Program-made: the position numbers and the translations under genes
Assembly (NCBI GenBank): GCA_964016885.1
Contig: OZ024742.1
Coordinates: 213,714,001 to 213,778,000 of the forward strand
Direction of reading: 5' to 3'
Origin: Eledone cirrhosa
Taxonomy: Eukaryota
Length of the DNA: 64,000 nucleotides
In this document: one piece after another, positions 13,961-26,917 of the stretch
Position numbering within the stretch: position 1 is the first letter of the stretch
How the letters are laid out: the number at the start of each line of letters is the position of its first letter
Notes under the pieces: model-generated
Databases searched by the model: none
What the model saw: the letters and a program-made list of their open reading frames with translations, nothing else
What the model was told of the DNA's origin: nothing

Positions 13961-15159
13961 TGTGAGAGCAGTACACACTGAACCAAGTGGCTTCATGAAT
14001 TGAAAAATACAACAGTTTTTAAGTCTTCTTAACTAAGTCTGACTGGATTGTTGTTCTATTGTTTTGTTAGTCTCCACTATAAAAGATTATATCAAACCAA
14101 TTATAATGGCAAAGGAACAGTAACACTTGTGTTCTTACCAAGTCTACCTTGCACATCTCTGCTATATCTACTACCAGATAAGTGAACAATGGAGTCCCTA
14201 CATAGTTGCTTGGCCTGTTAGAAATAGCATCCATATTCCTTCAAATCATACCTTATCATCTAATAGTATTACAAGGATTCTCATTAAGAGTACCAGTAAT
14301 GCACTGGGTAATTGCTGGCCTTGTGCCTAAAGTAGAAACAAGTATTACAAGGATTCTCAGTGCCCAAAGACAAATACATTTTTGGGTGTCCTCTCTTTAA
14401 CTAACAAGTATAACAGATAAAAGGAAACTTTGCACGTCTTCACCTTCCTCTTTCTACACACCTCTGTTATAATCTTTAAAAAGGAAGGATGCATTGGACA
14501 ATAGGTCCTGATATATAACAAGATGGAATGGTAATGGCTGGAACACCATTGATCATAGATCTGTCAATCAGAGCTGACCTAAGCAACAAGAACAACAAGC
14601 ATATAAAAATAGACTTGAAAATGGAGAGAATACATACATGGTCCCATAACTTATGAGGGAGTCGTACATGTACTGTATTGACATACTTTGTTTCTAGGGC
14701 AATTTTAAACTTGGTAGAATCCATTCCCTCTTGAGAGCTGAATACAGCAGATTTCTGCCACAGAAGGATTGAGAAAGTGACAGAATGGAAGTGAGAAACA
14801 GATAGAGAGGAAGAATCGCCCCCAGTCTGGCACATTTTATATCAACTTTCAATGGATGAAAGGCAAAGTTGACCTTGGTGGGATTTGAATTGAGAAAGCA
14901 GAGCGCCAAATCAAATGAAAAGCATTTTATCTGACCTTCTAACAACTCTGCCAATTCACCACCTTCAATGAAAAGAATACAAGAGGGTAAAACTATTACA
15001 CTGTACCCCATTGAATTCCTCATTGCATATTGAGATGTGCAGTATGGTCCTTGGTTAGAGTAGACTATTTGATAAATGTACAGCCTATATGGAGTCCAAT
15101 AGTCAGCATTATATATATATATAAATCCTACCCAACCCTCCCACTGTATAGCGGTCGTG

Positions 15160-15350
15160 TAAGTATGACAACACAAAGCATCCAGCCCACACAGTAAATT
15201 GGTCATGTAGGTGTCACAATAAAAAGCTCCCAGCCCACACAGTAAATTGGTCATGTAGGTGTCACAATAAAAAGCTCCCAGCCCACACTGTAAATTGGTC
15301 ATGTAGGTGTCACAATAAAAAGCTCCCAGCCCACACTGTAAAGTGGTCAT
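15160..15350. repeat. 48-bp minisatellite, about 4 copies, inside a SINE-like element
   Basis: Repeated cccagcccacacagtaaattggtcatgtaggtgtcacaataaaaagct. Confidence 0.9.
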
Positions 15351-15887
15351 GTTGGCATCCCAACAACAAGCACCCAGTACTCACAGTAAATAATGTTGGC
15401 ACTAGGAAGGGCATCCAGCTGTAGAAACCAAGCCAAAATCAGTTCTGTATAAGCAAGGCATGGTCACATGACCTAGCATTTCCAAGAAGACAACTCATCT
15501 AACCTATGCTAGTGTGAAAGAATGGCCGTAAAATGGTGATACACATATATAGATTCCAGATCTATCCTGGCTTTTAGCATAGGTACACCATATCCCTGTG
15601 TGTCATAAAAGGTCATTAAAAGGCTTGGAGTCAGGAAGGGTATGGATTTATTGTAAAACATTGTCTCAAATCATCCTGTATACACATAAAATTGATGGTG
15701 ATCATAATATATATATATAAATATAAGAAAAGAATCAGGACCCCGACGGCTGTCGAAACGGCCAGAGCTCAGGCGTTGGGGTCCTGACTCTTATCCTATT
15801 ACCCACTCTACTACCCTAAGTATTGAGTACTCTGGTGCGTTATGGGCCACCTGGTATCTTACCTCACCTTCTTTGTTATATATATGT

Positions 15888-16234
15888 GGAGGCACATGGC
15901 TTAGTGGTTAGAGCATTGGCCTTGCAATCGAAAGGTTGTGAGTTCAATTCTCAGACTGTGTGATGTGTTGTTTCCTTGAGCAAGACACTTTATTTCACAT
16001 TGCTCCAGTTTACTCAGCTGTAGAAATGAGATGATAGGGACTGGGGTCCATATCATTCCACTGCAAAGTGGTTGTGGAGGTGCCACGGCAAAAAAGCACC
16101 CAGCACTCACTGTAAATGAGGTTGGTGTTAGGAAGGGCATCCAGCTGTAGAAATCAAGCCAGAATTAGTTCTCGTCCCACCCTTGCAAGCAGGGAAAAGC
16201 GGACGTAAAATGATGATGATGATGATGATGATGA
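15888..16234 (+). mobile_element. tRNA-derived SINE, second family, (GAT)n tail
   Basis: Head tggcttagtggttagagc...gagttcaattc, core ccttgagcaagacactt, (gat)n tail; close inverted copy at about 30572-30887, related copy at about 49810-50170. Confidence 0.8.
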
Positions 16235-16979
16235 TATATATACACATGCAAGGCAAACATCTTAACCATATGGATATGTCTATACCTCATACTGAATGTA
16301 GGGACTATAGTGTGAGTGATAAAATAAGGAGTTTAGTAGAAGGTGACATGATGAGTTTAAGTAAAATGCATATGATAGCTAGAATGCCCTGCTGACTGAG
16401 TACAAGATAAATGAGAAGACAGTGAGCTGATTAAAGAATGAATTTTATGTATTTCTAATACCACAAGGCATTGCATTAATGCTTTAATAATATCGCCAAT
16501 TCATTGTCCTAGACTGGTATTTTAAATTAATGAGTCTCAAAAGGATAGAAGGCTAAGTTTCTCCATGAGAGAATTTAAACTTAGAGCACAGAGAGTCAGG
16601 AGAAATGCCACATGTAGCATATTGTCCTTCACTAACAATTCTACCAAATTGCTCCCTAATGTGATGAGCTAAGATTGAGAGATGGCAGGACTAAATGAAT
16701 AACTATAGAACATGACATATAATATCAGCTGTGGGGTGTAATTCATGTTTAAATGATAAATTTCAGAGTAAATTTATTATTGAAATTCAGGATGAGTTAC
16801 ATAATATAAAGTGTATAAAACATGAAATACAAATTTTGTAAACATTTTTACTTTCAATATTCTTTCAAAAATACCAATGGGGAGATAAAAATATAATATA
16901 TTTGTATAAAATCATATATATATCTTTCATTTTCAAAAATAAGTATGTAGTTTCATTTGTCATGCACACAAACACAAAC

Positions 16980-17053
<74 letters not shown>

Positions 17054-17081
17054 CACACACACATATATATATATATATATG

Positions 17082-17181
17082 CATGGTGTCCTAAAAAAAT
17101 GTAAATACACTTTGTTTACCTGTTCAGGCAATATTTATTAGAATGCTGTTGAAGTGTGTATACATTTTCTGGGACAACCTA
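17082..17181. mobile_element. Tc1/mariner-type MITE in a (TA)n tract
   Basis: About 30-bp imperfect TIRs: catggtgtcctaaaaaaatgtaaatacactt / aagtgtgtatacattttctgggacaaccta. Confidence 0.7.
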
Positions 17182-18319
17182 TATATATATATCATTAGTA
17201 TTATTATTATGATTATTATTATAATTTCGCAGTATTGGTGGAGCGTCAGACACCATGCTTTATGACACAGAGTTACGATACTTTACGCTCTGAGTTCAAA
17301 TTTCGCTGAGGTTAGCTCTGCCTTTCATCCTTGCGAGGTCAATAAAATAAAGTACCAGTAATACACTGAGGTTGATTTAATCGATGTTCCCCTTCCCCAA
17401 AATTGTTGGCCTCGTGCCTAAAGAATATATATCTATAGTTGACTAAATTGTTGAAGGCAGGTGCTCCATTATATCTATAGTCAACATATCACCCAAAGTA
17501 ATTATTTTAATCTTCTAGTTATTTTATTAATTTGTCTTTGTCAAACCTCTAAATAATGTGACATAAAGGAACACAAACAAACAACACTGGGTTTTAGACC
17601 TCATGAATAAACATACACATACACACACATATATATATACATAACATCATGAAGCTGAATCTATGATAGAAGGCACATGTTCATGGGGCCACACTGTGTG
17701 ATCAAACTCAGAACATGGTTTCAAAGCTAACTTCTTAATCTCATTGTCATATTTGCACCTAATATCCATGTATGTCTTGAATTTCTCTTCTTATGAATAT
17801 GTCTTTAGTTCATCCACTGACCTTCAAATTTTCAAAACCAATGTTATATAAGTGACACCAAATTTCAAAGCAGAAAAAAAAGTAAACAAAAAAAAAAAAG
17901 AAAAAGGGAGGAAAATATTGGTTCCCTAAGAAAAAGGGTCAGTGACAATGAACATTGCAGACTCTGCCAGTCTAGTTTAGATTGAATTTTTTGGTTGATT
18001 AAAGAGAATAAAAATACAGATAGCTGCATTTGGGGTAGAGTTCTCAGTGTAAGATACAGTAAGGATGATAAGAAGAAGACTGGAGGAGAGGTGTAAGAAG
18101 TATAAGAAGGCTATAGTTAAACCCTTTAGCATTCAAACCGGTCATACCCAGTCAGAATCCTCTCACCTCCTTCTGTTCAAACTGGCTGTAACCAGCCACT
18201 CATACTGACATTAAGGTTATTGTTCTCAAAATAAATAACATCAAAATCTCATAGTTTCGATATTATGTGGGGTGAAGCCTTTACTGTGGAAATATAATAG
18301 TATAAACTGAATTATAAAA

Positions 18320-19710
18320 TAATAATGGTTTCTGATTTAGGAACAAGGCCAACAATTTTGGGGGAGGGGAAAGTCGATTAAATCGACCCCAGTGTGTTAC
18401 TGTTATTTTATTTTAACAACCCTGTAACGATGAAAGGTAAAGGTAACCTCAGTGGGATTTGAAATCAGAATGTAAAAGGCTGTAACTATATGCTATGATG
18501 ATAATAATAACGGTTTTTGATTTAGGCACAAGGCCAACAATTTTTGGGGAGGGGAAAGTCAATTAAATTGAACTCCAGTGCATTACTGGTGCCTTATTTT
18601 ATCGACCCTGTAAGGATGAAAGGCAAAGCTAACCTCAGCGGGATTTGAACTCAGAACATAAAGGACCGTAACTATATGCTGAGATAATAATAATAATTGT
18701 TTCTACTTTTGGCACAAGGCCAGCAATTATCCAGTACATTACTGGTATTTTATTTTATCGACCCCCGTAAGGATGAAAGGCAAAGTTAACCTTCGTGGGA
18801 TTTGAACTCAGTCTGTAAAGGGAAGTAACTGTGCTACAAAGCATGGCGTCCAACCCTCTACCGATACTGCCAATCCACCACCCTATATCAAAATAATTCT
18901 TATAATGATAATAATAATTGTTTCTACTTTTTGGCACAAGGCTAGCAATTACCCAGTACATTACTGGTACTTTATTTTATCGACCCCATAAGGATGAAAG
19001 GCAAAGTTAACCTCAGCGGGATTTGAACTCAGAATAGCAAGGGCCGTAACTCTTTGCTGGAAAGCATGGCGTCCGACCCTCTACCGATACTGCCAATCCA
19101 CTGCCCATGATAATAATAATAATGATTTCTAGTATAGGCACAAGGTCAGTAATTTTGGGGGCGGGGAAAGTCGATTAAATTGAACCCAGTGCGTGACCGG
19201 TACTTTATTTTATCGACCCCGTAAGGATGAAAGGCAAAGTTAACCTTAGCGGTATTTGAACTCAGAATATAAAGGGCCGTAACTATATGCTGAGATAATA
19301 ATAATAATAATTGTTTCTACTTTAGGCACAAGGCCAGCAATTACCCAGTGTATTACTGGTACTTTATTTTATCGACCCCGTAAGGATGAAAGGCAAAGTC
19401 AACCTCGGCGGGATTTGAACTCAGATAATGATAATAATAATAATTGTTTCTACTTTTGGCACAAGGCCAGCAATTATCCCAGTGCAATACTGATGCTTTA
19501 TTTTATCAACCCCATAAGACTAGCAATTTGAAGGGGAGGGGAATGTTGATTAAATCGACCCCGATGCATTACTGGTACTTTATTTTATTGATCCTCTCAC
19601 CTCCTTCTGTTCAAACTGGCTGTAACCAGCCACTCATTGGTGGGATTTGAACTCAGAATATAAAGTGTCGCAATTATATGCTGAGATAATAATAATAATG
19701 ATAATAATAA
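18320..19710 (-). repeat. tandem array of full and partial tRNA-SINE units separated by (AAT)n
   Basis: About 8 head-to-tail units of aataattgtttctac...ggatgaaaggcaaag...gggatttgaactcag. Confidence 0.92.
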
Positions 19711-19929
19711 AATATGAAAAATGAATTTGAAACTATTCACTGTGAAAAGAAATAAAGTAGTAATATATGAAAAAGAAACAGCGCAGTGATTTAATAAATG
19801 GAATATATGATAACTGAAATACAACAAAAACTGTCTTTTCAATTGAGACAGGTGAAACATGATCAAATATATCAAAACTCCTGGCAAATATATTAAAGAA
19901 AGGAAGCTGGCAGCCATATGCATCTGTAT

Positions 19930-20346
19930 TTATCTGTTGTAAGCCAAAAGAAAATAAGCAACGAGTGAACCACCAAATAGGAACAAATAGCAAACGAAGA
20001 ACAGGCTATTGAGCACCATTGCTAATCTCTTCCACTCATCAATTACTTTCTTCTCTGCTTCTGCTTCATTGGTTTTCTTGGTATAGTCATTGGCAATTCT
20101 TCTGATATTAGCAATATCTGTTTCTATTTGTTGGTATTCTGATCTCGGAGATAAACTTTCTGGTAAATCATCCTCACAGAGATGATCTTTGTCAAGTTCT
20201 CCTTGATTCTGACTTATTTTTGGCAGTGAACAATAATTATTGATGCTGAGCTGGAAGCTGTTTTCTTCTGTAATCAAATGTTGAGATCTGTTTTGTTTTA
20301 CCATGTTCTTCAAACAAAGTATTGGTGCAAAGAAATCAAACACAAT
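19930..20346 (-). CDS. nAChR-like subunit terminal exon: MX, intracellular loop, MA helix, M4, stop
   Basis: tttcacag acceptor, phase 0; IVFDFFAPILCL...VIDEWKRLAMVLNSLFFVCYLFLFGGSLVAYFLLAYNR*; EWK.LAMVL matches the nAChR pre-M4 motif. Confidence 0.93.
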   Translation of the reverse strand: MVFDFFAPILCLKNMVKQNRSQHLITEENSFQLSINNYCSLPKISQNQGELDKDHLCEDDLPESLSPRSEYQQIETDIANIRRIANDYTKKTNEAEAEKKVIDEWKRLAMVLNSLFFVCYLFLFGGSLVAYFLLAYNR

Positions 20347-21396
20347 CTGTGAAATAGATAGAGTTGTATGGAAATACTTTAGACTATACTCTATTAGATT
20401 GTCTATGCATTGTATTTGTTTGTTTAAAATATATTACATTAAGAAATTATAGATTGAAATTATAGATTCTCAATACAAAAGAGTATAAATTTGGGTATTA
20501 GATACAATTGAAAAAGACAGCTGACAGAAAAACTTAAAAAAGCAATATGTTAACATGACAAACAGTTCTGTAATTTGTCAATCAATGTAATACTCTGGAA
20601 AAGGACACAATGGTTTCAAAAATGTTCTGGGTATAAGAAAAATTCAATAAAGGAAAAGAAAATGGTATATATTGATTCTATCAAGAATGGTAGGCTGAAG
20701 AATGTGAATAAATAATGACAGTGCAGTGATCATTTTTAAACATTCATCTATGATTTAAGATATATCCTATATGGTCATTTGAACTGCATAAACCCCTTAA
20801 AATAGAAAGACTAAATGGATGATGTAGTTCCATACATTGAAAGAAAAAAACATTTAATAGTCATAGCTAAAGCAGCTTTGATCATAACACTGCTATATCA
20901 AGGTTGACCTGGGGCTAAATAAAAACAACATCAACTCATTTACTTATCTTTTCCAAATCATATGGAATGTCATCCATGATGGCTCAGAAAGTGTGAGTCA
21001 TATTTATGTTATAAATATTAATTCTGCTTTCACATATAAAAATACTTCTCCAATATATTAGAGCTTTTAAAGATTAAACTTCTACTATTATCATCATGAT
21101 CATCAGTTTTACAACCATTTTCTCATGTTAGTATGGGTTGGATGAAACATTTTATTGGGCAGAATTATAGAGTCAGATGCCTTTCCTGATGCAAAACTTC
21201 ATTTTTTAAAAGAAAGTTACAGGTTTTTGCATGTCTAACTTCTAAGGAGCAAACTCTCTGTTTATGCAGAACATAAACAATCACCATCAGCAATGTTATT
21301 GCTCAGAGAAGAGACAAATGAACACACACACACACATATATATTACATTTTCAACGACTTTTTCCTATGAAAATAGTGAACTATTTATAGTACAAC

Positions 21397-21439
<43 letters not shown>

Positions 21440-21489
21440 TATATAATATATATATATAAGAAAAAGAAGTTGAAAATGAATTGAGAGAC

Positions 21490-22290
21490 TTTAAAAAGAT
21501 TTATTAATAATAACTTTACTGGTTTCACGTTTGAATGTTTTTCAAAAGTTAAGTGAGATGGAGATATATGTGTCTATGTGCCCTACATCTGTTATTTCAG
21601 GAAGTTTCTTTCCATTTTGATAACATAAGTGTCTCAGATTGTTATCTGTTTAAAGTACAATTGGACTGGATATGGAAGATCATGTGGTTAGGCATAGAGA
21701 GAGTGCATGTGGGTATAGCGATTTGTCCACTTCATGTGATAACAATAATAGTGGTCATAGTAATTATAATAGTTCCATTACCAAAACGAACAAGTATGTT
21801 ACACGTGCGCATGCGTGTGTGGATAGATCTCCATAAATGTTTCTCATCATAGTTTATTCAGACTTGGTTTGTATTTCTGAATAAATATATTTTATTTATT
21901 CATTCGTGTTTGGTCCGTGGTTTTGTATGGACAAAGATAAAGTGGAAAGACTTGGAATTTGGGGGAGTTATTTGCTGCACATAAGTTTAAATGTCCAATA
22001 AGTCATATCTATCTTGTGGTGTGGTCTCGTAATTGTTGATGGTGAATTTTCATTCTGTTTGTGAGGATTAGTTTGATTTGCTCTATATAATCTTCATTAC
22101 AGCGTTTACATTTAATAGCATATGTGAAATTTTTTGTTGAACAAGTAAAATGATTTTTTACAAAAATGTTTGTCCTAATTTAAATTTATACAAAGTGCCT
22201 TCAATGACAACCACACTTTTTGACTATTGTGGTTAGGTTTGTGGTGGGTAATTTGGCGCTGGTGAGTAGTTTATTAAGAGATCCTGGTTG
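21490..22290 (-). mobile_element. Penelope-like 3' remnant (GIY-YIG and terminal repeat)
   Basis: 21890-22270 resembles the GIY-YIG region at 44490-44920; hammerhead-like motif followed by AATAAA at its end. Confidence 0.7.
21512..21550 (-). ncRNA. hammerhead-like motif with U3/A8 variant core
   Basis: aactt-TTGAAAA-ac(attcaaac)gt-GAAA-ccag-TA-aagtt; 5-bp stem I. Confidence 0.55.
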
Positions 22291-22383
22291 TCCTCAAAGC
22301 ACGCCACACCAATCAAACTCAAGCAAGCAGGAAACTTACCTGCACATTGTGTGGTATGACATGTAAATCACTTCTGGTTAGAC

Positions 22384-22704
22384 CAGATGTTCTCAAACAT
22401 TTTGGGCCACGGCCTGCCTCACGGCTACGTAATACCCTCAGCACCCCCACCCCTATTTCCAGAGAGATCTGCCTACATGCAAATTGTAAATAGTATATAA
22501 TAAATGAAATCGTTAATCTATATATAATAAATAATATAATATATACTATGTATAATTAAGTATTATAGATTTTTTATTTTACTATATTTATATATATGTA
22601 TCATTTGATATTTAGAATACTATTATATCATCTCTACCATCCCCTTAGGCCCTCTTAACGCCCTCTGGGGGGGGGGGGGGTAGCGCCCACTTCGAGAACC
22701 TCTT
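22384..22704. mobile_element. hAT (Charlie-like) MITE
   Basis: TIRs cagatgttctcaaac / cttcgagaacctctt (11/15 match) flanked by perfect 8-bp TSD ggttagac (22376-22383, 22705-22712). Confidence 0.85.
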
Positions 22705-24037
22705 GGTTAGACGAACCATCTAACACATCACTAACGGCAGCAACATCAAAAAACGTTTTTGTCAATATTTCTCTTTTGTATTTTTATTATTATTTTGTCT
22801 AAGTTGTTGTACTTGGACACAAGTTAGTTTCTACTATGTATGTACATATACGCATACACATACGTACATATAGGTATATACATCTATGCACACACACAAA
22901 TATATATGTTTACATATATATATATATATATATACATGTGTGCGTATGCATAGATGTGTGTATATATTTATATGTACGTATGTGTATATATATATATATA
23001 TTTATATATATACATATATGCATACATACATATATATATATACACATACACACACACACAATATATATATATATGTATTGTTTTTTTCGTTTTGCCTTGT
23101 TTTCGTTTGTCGTCTTGTGTTTGTTAATTTTCCTAAGTTTCCTTCCTTCCTTTTCTTTTCCTTTCTTGTTTTATGAGACACCTCTGGCCAAAACGCAATT
23201 ACGTTTCCCTGACGTCACATAAAAATCTATATTTTCTATATAATTGCTATAAATTATTGTTTTGTCTTGTGTCTGACGCCGTGACCCCGGTTGGACCTGT
23301 AGTACCGTTGGTAGGGGTCGAAACTGCCAAAGTCAATCTATGCGGCCGAAGAAGTCTTTCCTTTGTATTATATTTAAAAAAAAATTTTTTTTAGAGCTTC
23401 CCTTTCAAAAAATTATTTTTCGTTTTGCTTTGTTTTCTTTTTGTTAATTACCCCCCTCTCTCTCTCTATATATAAATATATATTAAAAAGAAGAATAAGT
23501 ATAACCGAAGTTCCAGCTGCAAGTAGCAAATATATATGTATATTAAAAAGAAGAATAATAAGTATAACCGAAGTTGCAGCTGCAAGTAGCAGATTCGCAT
23601 CCGATTTTCGAAGTCTGTCACAAAGCACTCAATGAGAGAGTAATCAATAAATTACCCATCAGAGTAAACACAATAAGGTAATAGTGACACAATGAAAATG
23701 GGACCAGAGGCATGTTGACACATTAATACTAGAACAAAAAATACAGACAGGTTAAAGACGAACCTGGACCTGATCGATAGATATTAATTAGATATTAATA
23801 GATAAATATCTTCGATAGGTTTCTGGGAATCAGAAATTACACTCAAAGTTGCGTAATGTATATGCAAGTCAGTAATGTATCCTGATATATATATATATAT
23901 CAATCAGACCTGTCAACTCTCCCCATTCGATGGGCAGATCTCCCACCCACTTTCTCTTGTAAAAATGGGTATAGCTTTCATTACGTAAAATCTCCATTTC
24001 ATGATACTCCCCGTTTGGGGTTTTAGAGGTTGGCAGG

Positions 24038-24102
<65 letters not shown>

Positions 24103-24396
24103 TAAAGTATATATGATTAAGAAAATTCGAAAAGTCAGTTGACATTGTTTATCACACTAGTATAAAATAACGGATTGAATACACAAAGAAATATTGATTA
24201 ATTGACTAATTAAATCTATTTTGCATGCAGCGCACGAGAAGAAAATGAAAGTTTTATTTCAGTCAGACAAGAACAGCACAAGTTAGAGGATTGTTTTGAC
24301 ATTTTAGCAAAAACAAACTGCTCAGAAACTTAATGTACTGATGATAATTGAAATATATATGCATATATATATACATATATATATATATATTATATA

Positions 24397-24463
<67 letters not shown>

Positions 24464-24527
24464 GTAGAACACTGGAAGGTAATATCCGTAGTGGTAGAGC
24501 ACTCAGTCCATGGGACGAGTTAAGTAG

Positions 24528-26695
24528 AAGTGGTAACACAACAGTTAGTTCACCATACCGAGAACAATTTTTTCACCTTAGCGGATCCTCAGCTCGTAAT
24601 GGTCATGGTTATACGGAATAGGAAGGACAACCGTATGAACGTGCATGCGCAGAAACGGTCACGTCACCCAATCAATACGAAAGTGCGGGCGAAAGGTGTA
24701 AGGGAGATAACTGCGAAAGTCCGAAAAGATGTTCTAGTTGATAAGAAAATTAGGATGTCGTTGTTATTCAATCCGGAGCTTTGTAGTTATGTAAGAGGTG
24801 ATTCCAGACACGTGGACAACGTGTGAAGATTTCATTCCTTGAGTTTAGGCAATCGCTATTGCGTAATCTCCTTAGAATATTTATCCGTTCATCAATACAT
24901 AGTCCACAGGACGGATTACCCCTTGCGTATGGCTTGGACTTAGTGATGGCTGTCCATTGAATGGAGTAGTCTACACTTTCGTGGATGATCATTTGTCCTG
25001 GTACCTAAAGGTCTACTGATGGTTCGGGAAGCGTTCCTTAATTCGGCCCTCCGCCATATCCACACATGATTTGACCTCCTGTGGTTGATTTGGTCGGTTG
25101 GAAGTGGTTTAACTCCTTCAAATCCAAAAAAGCGAAGTTCACGCAATTCGACATGGTAGATCTTTACCCGTCAATCTTAGAGACCCTGTTAAACAAAGCG
25201 TTGGACTTTGCTACCACTTCCACTACCGTCCATGTTTTAGACAGGGAAATCATAGCCTGGGCAAAGAAGTTAACCACTTCAGAACGTCTCCATGGGATCG
25301 TTTGACTATGCTGACGTATGCGACTTGGTTGGCCTATTTATTTTAGACATATTACGTGTTAGATTCCCGGACTTCCATACGGGAATATACCGCGACGATG
25401 GCCTGACCTTACCGAGCCATAAAAGTGCTCACGACCTCGACCGGTTTAAAAAAGATTTAACTTCTACCTTTAATGAGTTAGGGCTTAGTATAATAGTAGC
25501 TACCAACCTCTCTAACGTAGATTTCTTAGACATTAATTTAGACCTGCGCACACACACCTACAGACCCTTCCATAAGCTTAACGAAAACCTCAATCACATT
25601 CACAAGAACTCATGCCACCCTCCCACTGTTTTTAGAAACTTCGTAAATACTATCAGTACGAGAATCTCTAACCTCTCCTCTAATAAGGCTATTTTTGACA
25701 GAGCGACACCCTACTATAACGCGGCGTTAACTAACAGCGTCTCCACGCAACCTATCACTTACCCTCCTAATAACAACAACAGCAATAAGAAAAGAAAGCG
25801 TAACAATAGACAACCTATTTGGTTCTCTCCTCCCTTCTCACTCAACGTTAAAACTAATGTAGGAAAACATTTTTAGTTCTCTTAGATAGACACTTTCACA
25901 TAGGTCACAAATACCGCTCCATCTTTAACAGACGCAGAGTAAAACTAGGGTACTCCTACGTTAAGAATATGAATGCCTACATCACCAACAGCCCTAAGAG
26001 CAGCACCCCACCAGGGTGCTCTTGCCGAAAGCCAGAAACTTGTCCCCTTCAACAGCAATGCAATACACCCGCTGTAGTTTATGAAGCTGTGGTCACTTCC
26101 AACCGACCAAATCAACCACAGGAGGTCAAATCCTATGTGGGTATGGTGGAGGGCCGATTTAAGGAACGCTTCCCGAACCATCAGTCGACCTTTAGGTACC
26201 CGGACAAATGATAATCCACGAAACTCGCGAGCCTCGTATGGTCCCTCAAGGACTCAAATATAGACTACTCCATTCAATGGAAAGCCATCACTAAGTCCAA
26301 GCCATACGCAAGGGGCAATCCGTCTTGTGGACTATGAACGGATAAATGTTATAAGGAGATTACGCAATAGCGATTGCCTAAACTCAAGGAATGAAATCTT
26401 CACACGTTTTCCACATGTCTGGAAACACCTCTTACATAACTACAAAGCTCCGGATTGAATAACAACAACATCCTAATTTTCTTATCAACTAGAACTACTT
26501 TTCGGACTTTCGCAGTTATCTTCCTTACACCTTTCGCTCGCAGTTTTGTATTGCTTGGGGGAATTGTCCGTTTCTGCTCATGCGCGTTCATACGGTTGTC
26601 CTTCCTATTCCGTATAACCATGACCATTACGAGGTGAGGATCTGCTAAGGTGAAACAATTGTTCTCGGTATGGTGAACTAACTATTGTGTTACCA

Positions 26696-26698
<3 letters not shown>
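24528..26698 (+). mobile_element. Penelope-like element (Naiad-like, YRDDG RT) with inverted 5' copy of its own 3' end
   Basis: RT QFDMVDLYPSI, MGSFDYADVCDLVG, GIYRDDGL; CSCR..CPL..C..VVY...YVG GIY-YIG; 24528-25106 is the reverse complement of about 26093-26698. Confidence 0.92.
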
Positions 26699-26743
<45 letters not shown>

Positions 26744-26843
26744 AAAAAGTATCATACTTTTTCCTATTTCCCACTCTACTACCCTAAGTATTGAGTACTC
26801 TGGTGCGTTATGGTCCATCTGGTTCCTTACCTCAATTCCTTTG

Positions 26844-26917
<74 letters not shown>

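Noticed and set aside
14694-15350. 218-aa ORF with Cys-containing 16-aa repeats
   Set aside because: Read-through of a 48-bp minisatellite and SINE sequence
15888-15960. tRNA gene (GCA anticodon-like)
   Set aside because: No proper acceptor stem; continues into SINE core and (GAT)n tail, so it is a SINE head
26208-26340. In-frame TGA codons in the Naiad-like GIY-YIG region as possible selenocysteine (reported for some Naiad elements)
   Set aside because: The TGA at 26209 sits at an Arg position in the paralog at 61140, and the one near 26334 arises from a small deletion; the paralog has ordinary Cys codons
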